From NCBI GenBank assembly GCA_030141605.1, contig JAQGDQ010000012.1, positions 372,001-436,000 of the forward strand: DNA of 64,000 bases. The letters are read 5' to 3'. Both the position numbers and the translations under genes were made by a program. This stretch comes from Tubiluchus corallicola (taxonomy: Eukaryota; Animalia; Priapulida). Below, one piece after another: positions 11,513-24,687 of the stretch; the stretch's first letter is position 1; each line of letters starts with the position of its first letter. Below the pieces are notes generated by a model. It was not told the DNA's origin and made no database searches. It was given only the letters and a program-made list of their open reading frames with translations.

Positions 11513-14500
11513 ATGATCAACATGCCAACAATACGAATTGAAGAAACCAATGGCAACCATGCAACTGAACTAATTGAACCACCTCAGTCATGTGGCGCAT
11601 GTCCTTTAAATGGTGGTATATCACTGGTCGAAGAGATCTTAGCACTGTCTTCTGGTGATTGTGATGCTTGTGTTGATGTGAACAGCAATGTGTACCAACT
11701 TAATGCTATTACTCAAAGTGATGAAAACACTCAGAATAGTGTATCCAATCAGATGCACAGTGTTGTTGATGACAACACTGATATAGTGGAAAGGAGTAAT
11801 GCTGAACTGCATAGTGTGTCTCCTGATGTCACGGTTAGCAACAGTAATACTGTAGATCTTGTGCCAACGGAAATGGAGCATAATGAGACTAGCACTAATG
11901 CAAGTGGAGTAGATGTAGAAGTTAGTCTTCCGTCTACTTCAGAACAATCAGGCAACAGGAGTAGACGGAATCGGCACAGTCGTCAGACCAGAGGACATGC
12001 TAACGCTAATCATACTGCTATAAATAGCACAAGCTGTGGTCATAGCAGTCATTACCAACGGCAGAGAACAGAGGCTGCAATGCCAATTGAAAATGTGGTT
12101 AATCCTCCTCCTACACTCAACACTGGAATAGTGTTGAGACCAATATATAGTCCTTTTGAGCTTCCTGATATCTTAAATTCTCATGTGCCACTAGGAACAA
12201 GGATTCATCCTACACTGACGTCCAGCATGGGCAGGATGCCTGCAGCTCATGCCAGTTTCTGTGCAGCTGACAACACTTTTGAAGACATGGAGCCAAAAGG
12301 TTGCTGTGGGGAATCAATGAATCAAACTATTGGTAAGATACCTAGAATGTATTGTTTATTATTATGGTATTACAAACTTATCATGAAGACTGTTGAATAA
12401 AGCAAAATATTTTACATGTTTTGTTTGCGGAAATTGGATGATTACCATCAGTACCATGACTTCAGTCATTGTGTGTTGAATTTTGTCAGTCACTGTTTAC
12501 AAAACTTTGTCTTTAGGTATGCGATGGTTTGTTGTATTCGTGGGAATGATAGGACTTTTGTGTGTCGTCATTGGAATTATACTCGGTGTGCTGGGAGGTG
12601 TCCGTGTCACTGGCCCAGAGTACGTCACTGTTTCTCTGCTTCTGATAGGTGAGACAAGAAATATTTTTCTGTACTTGATTGTATCGGCATTCTTACATTA
12701 ATATGTAAAAATTTTTATTATTATTTACCAAGTTTAGTTTTAGATTAAAAAAGTAACAATTAGCCTATAAGTAATGTAGTCTGTAGCATATAATTTCTTT
12801 AGCTAATCAAGTGGCATGAAGTTAGGCTCAGCTAGCTAAGATAAGCTATAATAGATTAAATTACAAGTGAGTCACTGGAAAAGTTTTGAGTTTCTTGTTA
12901 TAAAGTGACTGTAATTTCCGAGCAAATCGAGGTTACGAGGCTTATTATGATTTTCGTAGCAGTCAGTTTCAAAATTAAAGTAAAAGTACCACAATTAGAG
13001 TAAATTAATTTATTAAATTGGGGTAATGCTGCTACAGTGACTAGAAAGCTGCACTTGCAGAATAAATTATATACTTAGTGCATTATGTAATTTGGTAATT
13101 GAAACGTGTACCTAACATAAGGCCTCGATTGTCTACTTATAAGCTTTCTGAGCTTGAAAAATTCTTACACCTAGACATTGGTACAAAATGAATTGCTGAG
13201 TCCTTGATCCAAAATATGTATGGCTTTTACTTGGTGTACAGTATTTTACAGCGCGAACTGATGCTAATTATCTATAGCTTGTTGTGGTAAAGGTTAAATC
13301 GGAGAGTCTTGAACCAACAGGCTGAAAGATTAATGCGCAGGTAGCAACCAGATGTGCTTTTCTGAAAATGGCATCTGAGTGTAAGAACCCGTCGCCGATT
13401 TTAATTTGTATAATTTATGACACACAATGAGTCTGGTAGCTCGAAGCTCTGGTAGTTACTGTATTGTAGTTCTTGCATGAAATCGTTGACTGTCTCTTAT
13501 GCGAGTTGTGTTGCATCCAAATGCGCAAGTCTATTTACAACAAGTTTAAACTAATTCTGCAACCCAACGAAAAACTAATATGGTAACAATCCTCCTATTG
13601 AGCCTGTTGTATAATTTGATGAGAATTTTCAGATTAGAATTTTCACAGATGTAGGGCTATAAATTCTTGTTTTTTTTACACATCGGCTCCTTGCAAAGCA
13701 ATTTTTAATAATTGTGCAAATGATTACATCGTTGCACTTTTTCAGCGCTCTTCAAAACGAAAATCTATAAAACAAAATAATATAGGCAGATGTTTCAGAA
13801 TTCCTCCTTATTGTTATTGTTCTTCATTTGTTTGTTTACTTGTTTACTTTCAATTTTGACCTTGGGTATTAAGATGTATAAATATTATTGAAATTATTTC
13901 CTAGTTCTCTTATCTAATACTTAAATTCAGTGCTTCCTTACTTATTTGAAAAAAAGTAAAAGGCAATTTTCCCCACAGAGCAAAGGCATATTGACTTAAA
14001 TATCTAAGTACCCATACAACATATGTAGGCAAATTGCCGGATTATTTTCACTGCACTTTGTTTCAGATCTTGCGGAAAATATAACTATTGTTCTGGTCAT
14101 ATGTTTGATCAATATAACAGTTTTTTTCTTTGTTATGTTCATTTCCAAACTCTTTCGGACTTCTCACATATGTGCATGGACAAAGCAAATTTGTACAACC
14201 GAAAAACTGATAAAAGTGAGAAATTTTGTTTTCTGTGCAGTTAACCGATAACTAGTTGGAAGTTTAGATAATTACACAGATTCGCGTGATTATAGCAGGT
14301 TTTTAATTTCGTTGTAACAATGAATTTCCTGCCGATTTGACGAAGCGCGAAAATTAGATAAATGGTAATGATAATTTTTTTCAATCACAGAAAACTGATG
14401 TGATGAGAGATGGGTCAAGAAAACTTCAACAAGTTCAATATAATATATAGCCTGTGTAGAGACTCTGAGATTGCTACATGTATTTTAATTATGAAAATTG

Positions 14501-17500
14501 TATCCTTGTAAATTAAAGCTTAAAGCTCGTAATTTTGCCGTTCGTAAAATTAACTCTGAGCCTTATTAAACATTAGAATCTGTATTCTTGGTTTCACATA
14601 CTTTTCTAGCTGACACAACTCGATTATGGAAAATGTTCCAGCCAATTCAAAATTGCCTTTTACATCCACGGTTAAGTGTACATGTATACATTTTTGCACA
14701 TTTATTTAGCTTTCCGTCCTTTCAGCTAGAATCTTTACATTTAATATAATGTCCTTCTTAATAGGCAGTTTCTCCCTTAGCTGTGTCTTATACATACTCG
14801 TAGTTTTATTAAACACAGTGAATGGCTGAAAATTGAATCCTGAGTGCGCCACCTGTACATTAGCCTGTTGGAAAGACCTGCACGGTCGTCACTTTTGATA
14901 ATTTGTGTAAATAGTGCTATATTTATGCACGTACAGGTTTTCTCTTTCAGTGTTTGACTGTTTGAGGTCACAGTTGTAATCCATGGACAAAGAAATTTCA
15001 TGTTGTTTGACGTTGTGGGCTTTTATTTTAATGTTCGGCGATTTTGTCTCTTTCCAGCTGTCGTAAAAATGGAACAGTGGGTTATTTATAAGCAATAAGA
15101 GATCATCTCATTTTCCCCAAATTTGAGGCATTTTTGGCTTCTTCCTAAAAACTTGCTTTCTGAGTGGCCTTTTTGAGTAATACATTATTTTAGTGGTAAC
15201 GCTGCCTGAAAAAATTTTCGATTTCATGCTGGGTGTTTCAGAAGTCACAGTGCAGTAGAAATATGCTGATGTGTGCATATTGGAATAAACAAAAACCAAA
15301 TTATATTGTACGCAAAGTGGAGTTAAGCAAATAAAATGTCATTTTACGTCATTACGTCGTAATACAGAAATACAAATTCATTTTATATATAATGAATTTG
15401 TATATATTCATTAAGTGTGTTTTCGTAACATTCAGGGTCGTGCTCGTTTATGTCTGCAAATTAACGGCATACACTTCCTGCATTTATTATAGTATAACCT
15501 CTTACTAAATGATTTAACACTTTCATTGCGATTTGATCAGCATATCACCTTCTTTCTACTGTACTGGTTCTTCTGGAACACCCTGTATCATCATATTACA
15601 TTATTTCTACTGCATAGATTCTTTATTTCGACAGCTAGGTCATATTTTGCACTCAATTACAGAAATATTTACATTTGTGAATTTTGTAGTCAAATAAATA
15701 AAGAATAAGCTGAGCGTTTGACCATGACATCAGAATAAGGAATGTCGTAATCTAAACTCATCTGTCTAGCACTGAAGTCATACTGAAATAATAATTTTCT
15801 AATACATCTACAGAAGTAATAAGTAAATTTATTACTTCTGTAATAATAGTGAAAGAACTTTCTCCATGTGGATATTCCAATAATAAAAGCCCGATAGGTT
15901 TTTAAACGGTTAAGTTTTAATTTTTCTAGATTCTAGAACATTTTCCAAAGTCTGTACAGATGTAACTTGAATAAAAGTTGCTAATTCAATGCGGTTTTTC
16001 CTTACATTGCCATATCTTTTAAAAAGGCAAGACGTTGTTTTGAAGAATTTCTTTATGCGGGCTCTAGCACCCCCCCTCCACTCCTCCACGTTAATCTGTA
16101 ATAATTAGTTGTTGCAAGGTGCGTGCGTATAATGAAGGAATAGATAAATAAATAAAGGGGACAGTGGGTCACCGCATTCTTAAAAGTTGTTGTAAAAGTG
16201 AAAGTTGAAAGGATGCATGCTTAATTACAGCCTCCTTTAATGAATAGCTATTATTTATGATTTTCTCATTCAACCTTGGTTAAGAATACCGTTCCTCTGG
16301 AATTACATCATCAAGATAAGAATCGGAAGTTCAGAATAAATTAGCATCTGGCAACAACAGAAGGAAAGTTGGTTTGACCAAAATGTCCAATTATTGTGTC
16401 AGATATCAAAGGCGTATAGGCTAATGTCGTTCTACAATGAATCATTCGAGGAAAGAATAAAAAGGGAAAGGTATCGCGGTACGTTTGGTTTACAAAGTTC
16501 ACTCCGCCTTGCGTTGATTTGGCTTGTTTTCCAGATTTAGAAAATCTTTTGCAAACAATTGTGGTGTCGCAAATCCACTAACGCAGGTATCCAATAGCGT
16601 AGTTTAGGCCAAAAAATGTCATCCACTCACCAGCTTTACTTATGGCGGTGTAAATGTCGCGCTTCCGCCACTTTCTCATTTTACGATTTCTTCGTCTTTA
16701 AATTATTTGTAAAGCTAAGTACTTTTTGTATTCCAGTTTTCCCGTAGCTTTGTAGGTGTTCAGATCATAAAGAACGTAATAGAAAAGCGAGAACTGTTCG
16801 TAAAGCATAAAATCCATTAGTTTTAAAATAACTGTTACTGGACTTTGTAGTCTGCACTCTACACGCCGCAGGCACAAGCACTTGAAGTTGTCCATTTTTG
16901 TTAAGTTTTCAGTTTTTATTCTGCGTTCACAAAGCCCGGACCTCTGTGTATGGTTTCAAGTGGCATGTCTTAAATAAAATTTAATTGCATAAACAGGCAG
17001 ACTCAGGGGCCGAAGATGTTTGAATAAGGTAGCTTAATATTTTCAAAGTACCTGACGAAATAAATGTACTTCCTTTTACGGATCTTTGAATAAGCCTGTA
17101 TATACTGTAATGATGTGATTGTTCTGCTTCTCCATTAGGCAGAGTTTGGCTTTTGAATAAGCCTGTACTATATAATGTAACTGAGATGTTTTCTTATAGA
17201 TTTTCGAATAGTCTGTATAACGTAATTGTGCTGTATGTGTGTATTTATGTACAATGTATGTATTTATATTTTTGAAAACAATGTATACATTGTGTGCATT
17301 GTATTTACCCAATAAACAAATATTACATAATCAGCGTTCAGTGGCTGTACGTTGTAGTTTCAGCCAGATCTTTATTAGCGTCAGTGCCGTGCAAGTCGCT
17401 ATGATGTAACTGCGTTATGTGGCGTTTATCCGAATGCGTATGCGTTTCCACCTGCGGAATAGTTGCGGAAAAAATCGATAGAATAGTTGCAGAAAAGGAA

Positions 17501-20500
17501 AAACTGCGTAAACGGGTGCATTGAAAACAATATAAACCCATTTTATATATATATAGGCACTTGCTACGTAATTATGTTTTACCTTCTAGCTAATGGTACT
17601 ATTCTGATTTATCCGGGGCTGATAATCAAATCACTATCTTTGCAGGTGTTGTGAATTTGTTATTAAATAATATCTGGGATCTTTGTTTTTGTGTTCTCAG
17701 CTTTTTTGTACAAAATTGGTCTTTCAGTCATTCTCATCATATTTTGATGTCTGCTGACGTAAAAAACCAACAACCGGAATGAGTCCTATTATTAAGTTCA
17801 TTGATGCCACTGGTGTATTTTTAATTGGTACTGCTAAATCACTTATTAGAAATGTCTTCCATAAGCTACAGACTAGCCTCAGCTTGCATATTAAACATAA
17901 TTTTCGTTTGCTTTTAACAATTGATTTTAATCTGCTTAGGAAGTCGGAAGGCAACCGGTGCAACTCAGTATTATCATTCAACTCCACACGTGCCTACTTG
18001 TTTGTCCCGCTCAAGGCGGTAGGTGGCCTCAACAAACGTGTATATTTGCGCCCCTTGCCTCTCTTACTTCATGCGGTGCTGCCTAAGCCAAGTGTCACCG
18101 AAGCTACTGCTGTCCAGCTCTCCTTCGTGGGCCAATAATGGCTACCATCTAGCATACAATTTCTAGTTTTTGAAAGTTTGAACATCTTTTTCCCTGCACC
18201 CCTTCAAGTATTGCCCTTGAATTTATTAGTGGTAATCACAAACACAACATTAAGCCATTGCGGAAGTATAGTTTACAAACAAATCACGTTTACATACCTG
18301 TTTTGTGTTTACCTGCTACGGTGATGTGGTCCAGTTGTCGGTGTACTGTATTCTTATTATATACTCTTCAATCTTGATGTCAAGTTATTATATCTGGAAC
18401 ACGGATACACCTCGACGCTGAAGGTTTTTTTCGTTAATGCTATGTGCAACCAAACTGAGACTTTGGTGGCTATTTTGTGCAGAAGCAGCTGTAGCTAGAC
18501 TTATTTGCCACATTACGTAATAAATTATGTACTAATTGGCAAACTTAGCACAGGAATAGGTCTCAGCAAGACATAAAAACCCATTGTTTTTTGGTTCAAA
18601 ATTTCAAAGGTCAAGGGCACATAGTCAAAAATATAAATAAACTTAAATATCCTGACTGTTATATTGCTTAAATCTATTCTGGCAATGTTTCCCAGCATAA
18701 AATTTTTGCCCATAGTGACTTCGTGAGAGAGAAGGTATGGGTCTACACCTCTGTTGTGTATGCTCTACTTGTTATGTTATTACAATGAAATAAGTTTTGT
18801 AGTAAAGCTTTTTGATGTCGCCGTTACTACTATCACTGCTGTGTTGATGTCAATGCTGCTGCACCTCAGGCTGTAATGACTAAATGTTCAAAGGCTTTTA
18901 TGATCAGTGGAAATAATAGATGACATGATTATATTTTTCCAGGTGTGGGAATGGTGCTGAGTACTGTCAGTGGCGTAGCATGGAGGGTGACATCTCCCAC
19001 CCCTTCTTCGTGTCCATGGGCATGCTGCTGTTGTCGTCGACCGCCTCCTCCAGATGAAACTTTTGCACCCCGTCAGCCCAGAAGTTATGACAGAGGACCA
19101 CATCCATTTTCAGGTACAATAATTGCATTGGGGATGTCTGAATGAAGCTAATAATTCATTTCATATAGTTTGGCAGTCTGCAAGACAAAATCTTGTATTT
19201 AATGGCGGAACTACTTAATGTGGGTGGCTGTTGTGGAACCTGAATGAAACTCTTTATCGGTGCTAATTCTCTAAGATGAGATATTGAACCAGCAGAGGTG
19301 TCTCTGCCATTTTTTGGATGTGAACACTTCTTTCAAACAAACAAAATTTGTATGCTTATCGAAAATTCCACAGTTAGTAATGAACGTGGTGGTCAGCCCA
19401 TCCAGTCACTGACTAGTCTTGTTAACCATGTCGTTACCAATTACTTTTATTCCACTCATCTGGTATCTTTTAATCATGAGTTAAGGAAAATGAAAAACCA
19501 GTTATTGTTTGTTATATATTCTAATGTAACTCACTGGCAACAACCATTCAAAAAATGAACCTGGTAATGACATTACCTTGTAATTTTGTTCATTTTTGCA
19601 TAGGTATTTAGTGCCAAACTATGATGCATAGGTATTTAGTGCCAAACTATGACTGATTTATTTACACAAAGTTATATTGCCTAGCATTGCGGTCTTTGAA
19701 ATACTTTCTTGTTTTTTTTATTCACGCCAGCTGGTAAAACATACCGTTTCACTGTCCCAGTGTTCACCAAAAAGCGTGCCAAAAATATATTATTCATCTT
19801 AGTGACAAGATAAAGTAATTTAAACTTTTGTTTGGTTTGTGTAGTCAAGTGTGCACTCCTAAATCGCTAGTATTTTTCATACTTTATGCAATGTTATCTA
19901 ACTAATTCTAATCAGTGACTGACTGTTAAAGTGGCTGCGCCTGTTTGTCGGTGTCACTGCTAATAGAAGTCTGTGTGTAGTAAATAATAGAAGTCTGTGT
20001 GCAGTAAAACAGCATGTAGCTGATACAAAATAACAATGTGAATTTTTTTAAGTTTTAGTCTGGAAAAATTCTGCTTTCTTGTCTTTAAAAATTAATTGAT
20101 ATGTGCTATGTTCACACTAGAGCTCTCGTAAAGTATGAATGTCACTACAAATATGGCATTATTATAGACTAATGTTACAGTTCTGAAAATTGGGTCTAAT
20201 GCATTTACTTGTGCCCCATAAGTCCTGATACTGCTTGCATGCTTTACACACGGGAGGTTTTGAGTCTGTGATAAAATTGCACTGGAAGAATGGTACCTTG
20301 TTGTGTTCGTGTTACCTTTGTTAGCTCAGTAACTCACTCAGCTGCTGGCATGGTATTTTCATCAATCGTTTTTTGTTTACAATTGCTATTTCAGCCATGT
20401 TGTATCAAGACTTTCAATTTCGTCCACCACCTCCTTCATACCAGGCATCAATGCAGGACTACAGGTTACGTTTATTGTGGGAAAGATCGTCGCCAGCAGT

Positions 20501-21501
20501 CGCACATCCATCACCACCCCCTACCTACAGGTTAGTCTTCATGTTATTCACTATCAGTGTCACCTGATAAAACTGGGCAAGTTATTTTTGTTTTTGTAAC
20601 AGATTTTTTGCTTTAGTTGTGACTATGACTCTATTATGACATTTTATTATAACTAAGTTATTTTTGTTGTGCTGATAAGGAGTGTCATTTAAAGTATGGC
20701 AGCTTTCATGAAATGCTTGATTTTTATGAGTGACACAATTTGTTATGAGCAACAGTTATTACATTTGCCCGTATATTTGCCATTGGATGGCACAACTTGT
20801 TTTGCAACAGTGCAATGAGAAAGTGTTACCTAACATTTACCAAACCCAAAAAGTTATTGCAAAATTAATAAAATGTAGTCACATATTAAACCTTAATTTT
20901 CAGGTCTCATGCGAGCACTGTAAGGGCATCACTTGAAATACCTGCAACTCAAAACGAAAACCACGAGTCATCCCTTCCTCCAAGCTATAGATCACATGAC
21001 AGTAACAATCTATTGGCAGTGCAACCTCCTGTGCGAACTCGGGGTAGCATTTCCACAATTACTGGAAATATTACAGTCACATCGGAAGTCACAGCTGCAA
21101 CTGAAAGTAGGGAAAATGGGGTAAACAACACAGAAACACAAGCTAGGCAGGAACCTTCTGGTGCATCAGGTCAACAATCAGCTTTGGTGAACTCGACTCC
21201 ATGCCGCAGCACCAGTGCGCACCATTCTCAAACCATACCCGGAACCTCTATGAACTCGTCTACCATGGAACAGAGAAGGAAAAGGAAACACAAGGCAAGG
21301 CGTCGACATACAGAACTAGGCAGGAACTGTACACTGCCTGACAGTGTACGAGAAGCGATAACGCCCAGGACTACTATTAATCCACACACAAGAGCTCACC
21401 ATCGTCGCCCGCCACACATGCAAGAACATGGTGCATTGCATCCAGAAGATTTAGCCACTCAAGTGAGACACCACAGTGGCAGTTGTCTTCGTGAATCATG
21501 A
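11513..21501 (+). CDS. Two-pass membrane protein with cytoplasmic PPxY motifs (candidate Nedd4-family/WW-domain adaptor), 618 aa
   Basis: Exons 11513-12332, 12517-12648, 18943-19113, 20395-20530, 20904-21501; all introns GT..AG, phases 1,1,1,2; total 1857 nt in frame to TGA. Disordered Ser/Asn-rich N-terminus, hydrophobic segments WFVVFVGMIGLLCVVIGIILGVL and YVTVSLLLIGVGMVLSTVSGVAW, Cys cluster CPWACCCCRR, then PPPPSY, PPPTY and LPPSY. Confidence 0.85.
19597..19652. repeat. 28-bp perfect tandem duplication
   Basis: TGCATAGGTATTTAGTGCCAAACTATGA occurs twice head to tail. Confidence 0.85.
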
Positions 21502-21968
21502 CAGGAATGCTAATGTATTATAACGTTATTCTGAATTGCTGTAGTAAATTGGTATTTCTTTGCCTTTTTTCTTTTAGGTTAGTTATGAAATTGCATAATA
21601 CAGTAATGTCGCATTGCGAATACAGAAGCCAAATTTTTCGTCTTCTCCTTTTCTTGTACTGCTTGTATTTGCAGAGTAGCGCATATTTACTTTCTGCAAA
21701 TGTTCTTATAAATTAACTTGCACATTTATCTGTTCGAGTAGGAACGTGCTTACTCCTGAGTCAGGGGCAGAATCTTTGTAAAATATTTTGATGTAGTTGT
21801 AACTGACATTCCATATTTGATCTAGAAATTACTAAAAAATTTACACTAGTTATTGTATTTATTGTGATATGCTAAAGTAATGCGTGATATTCTGCCAGGC
21901 AGCTGTTCTGTCATTTTTTGATTGAGTTTTTCCATTAGTGTTTTATCGTCGTTTATGTTGTCTTATTG

Positions 21969-22130
21969 AAAAAACAATTAATGAAGTTGTGACTTGCTTG
22001 TCAAATGTCTAAAAAAACAATTAATGAAGTTATGACTTGCTTGACAAATTAAAAAAACAATTAATGAAGTTATGACTTGCTTGACAAATTTAAAAAAAAA
22101 CAATGAAGTTATGACTTGCTTGACAAATTT
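21969..22130. repeat. Tandem repeat, about 40-bp unit x4, in the presumed 3'UTR of the membrane-protein gene
   Basis: AAAAAACAATTAATGAAGTT(A/G)TGACTTGCTTG(A/T)CAAAT starting near 21969, 22011, 22051 and 22092. Confidence 0.9.
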
Positions 22131-24687
22131 CTAGCAGCTGAATGAATAATGTAATGTTTTGAAGTCTGTGATTTTGATTACCCTATGTATAATGTTATTA
22201 TCAATATAAATATAATTTTAGCATCTTGTATGTCTCTTGGATGGAGGAAATCTTTTGTAGTAAGCTTGCTAAAGAGAGGTGTTACGAGTTTTTATCGAGT
22301 TTGTAGTAAGAAAATGCCAAGTCACTATGTAAATATTGAAAGCAGGGTTTAAGAAGAACACACTTTTCTTGTAGCCTAATATAAACAGGTAAATTACCTA
22401 TCTGGGTGTTATTTTGTACAAAAATAGAAGATATATTTACATGTACAATATATTTATTCTAGTTTTTGAGTACTTTTTACAGCTGTGTCCTATACAGTAT
22501 AAGACCATTATTGTGAACATGGTTTATTGCAAATTCTCAAAACAGGACAAACTCATTTATTTAATTAGTATACAGCGTACTTGGTTAATGCAGACTTTTT
22601 GTCGAGCTCCACTGCACACATTACTATGCATTCATAAGTATTTATTGCTTATGTTAACTTTGCCAGCCCTTTTAGTATTGCAAAGAAGTTCTTGGGCATG
22701 CAGCACGTGACTTGTTAACACTGCTTGGCACCCCCAAGTTTTACCTATGTACACTTATTTACACCTATGGAAACTAAGATGTTTCATCAAATGATGAGCC
22801 CTGCTACAGTTACTTTGCTGCAAATACTTTTTATACAAGAGACAAACAGAAATTTTGTGCAAATAAAATTGACCGAATTTTTTAATCTCACTGACTTTAT
22901 TGAACATGTCATGCAAATTTACGAGTGATGCTGTACACACAATTCAACACGAAACCTTTATTAACTTTTAGTTTACTGAAACCACATAAAATACATTTCA
23001 TTGAATTTGAATATACTGCAAAATAGTTGATACTTGATAGCATCTCCAAGAAGCTACACTTCCATCTACATTGTACATTATTTATACACTTATTATTAAT
23101 ACGTGTTTGTCCATTTAGTAGTCATATACATTTATTAGTCGCATATGCAATATGTTATAGAGCACTGTTTCTTTTCCCTAGTATTTTTGCTATAATGAAA
23201 TTATACTGTAAATTTTATTTAATGGTATAAATATTTACACGAAAAAGACTGCATTTAAACTAAGAACCTGCAACTTTTGAAAAGGTGCAGCTTAGAAGTT
23301 TTGTTTTTCAATAACAGATGGCACCATGTTGTGCATCATATTCTGACGTTAACACTACTTACAACAGTGCTATCTACTAAATTTATTACTGAGTTTTGCA
23401 CATCACTGAATATTCTATGATTAAGATTTCACGTTAACTGATGCAAACTCCCCTTTGAATGTTGCAAGAAAATAACAAACATATAGTTTAGATAAGTTAT
23501 CATATACATGTATAACTTTTGAACTTTATATAATTTTATAAAGTATAAAAAACATTCAACATATATGTAAATGTTTAGGAATCACAATAGAGCAAAATTT
23601 AAAATACTAGTCAATCACAACATGTAAACATTTAAAATGGTTTCTGATGTGCAAAACATTTTTGAAAAATAAATCACAATCAAATTTCACAAATTACTGA
23701 ATTTACATTTTAAACATAGCCACTATGCACATAAACTTAAAATATAAGACAAGCGCTTGTACGAACATGGAATGTTGACAAAGGAATGCATCAATTTATG
23801 TAAGAAAGAATAAGTTTGTTTTTAGTAGCAAAATCTTGTACAAGCAGTCCTTTGCCCGCATAATTCCGATTGCCAAATTGTCGGAGCCATAAACAGAATT
23901 CGGTGAAGACACATTTTCACGCAGTCATTTTTCGGTGGATGCACTGTGTGTGCTTGCGTTTAGCTATTTATTGAAACATGAGCCTTCTTCATGGAAAAAT
24001 GTTAGTTTGCTTAGAAAACCCCGAGCACTAATCAGTTACACACTCACTGCACTGCAGCTCAACCTGGAACTACCCAGTTATCGTAACTCAGCAATCAGCA
24101 ATGCACACATAAAAACACCATGTGCAAGTTCCAGCAGAAGCAGTAATATTGCAGTCACTCAGAACTTTCCATTTTGTTATTTTACTACAAGGGTAGAATT
24201 AGTGAATTACTGGTGCACAACATAATCAGAAAACAAGGCTATTTTCATATGTGCCAAATGCATAAATACGGTGTAGTATTTATTGATTTGTTTTCTGATT
24301 GTTTTACACCCTTGTTGATGGCACAGTCGGGAAAGCACGCATTCGTTGTATTGGCAATGTTTCTATGTGTCTGAGATATGCAGAGAAAATACAATAGGTT
24401 TGCGTAAATTGTTCCTCTAAGATATACCGATTTCAGCAATATACAGAGTTTTGCAATTGCATATAGAAACAAATCCTATCATATCTGTCTGAGACGAAAC
24501 TTATTCCGAATTACGTAGAACCGAATTAAGCAGTCTGTTGTAGTTTAGTGCATGCACAGAGCTAAAAACTGACCTCGATTCATTTATATCACAAACTTCA
24601 CATAACAAACTAAAAACCTTGAGGTCTAACTACTGTTTAAAAGGTGTGCTACGACATCATTACCGAATAGTGTACACACTTAAAATA

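Noticed and set aside
16380-16900. Possible THAP- or SWIM-like transposon relic
   Set aside because: Resemblance is too weak and interrupted by stops.
17724-18138. Overlapping 87-aa and 119-aa ORFs in intron 2 of the membrane-protein gene
   Set aside because: No domain signature, and not needed for the exon chain.
21969-22130. CRISPR-like array
   Set aside because: Head-to-tail units without unique spacers, eukaryotic context and no cas genes.
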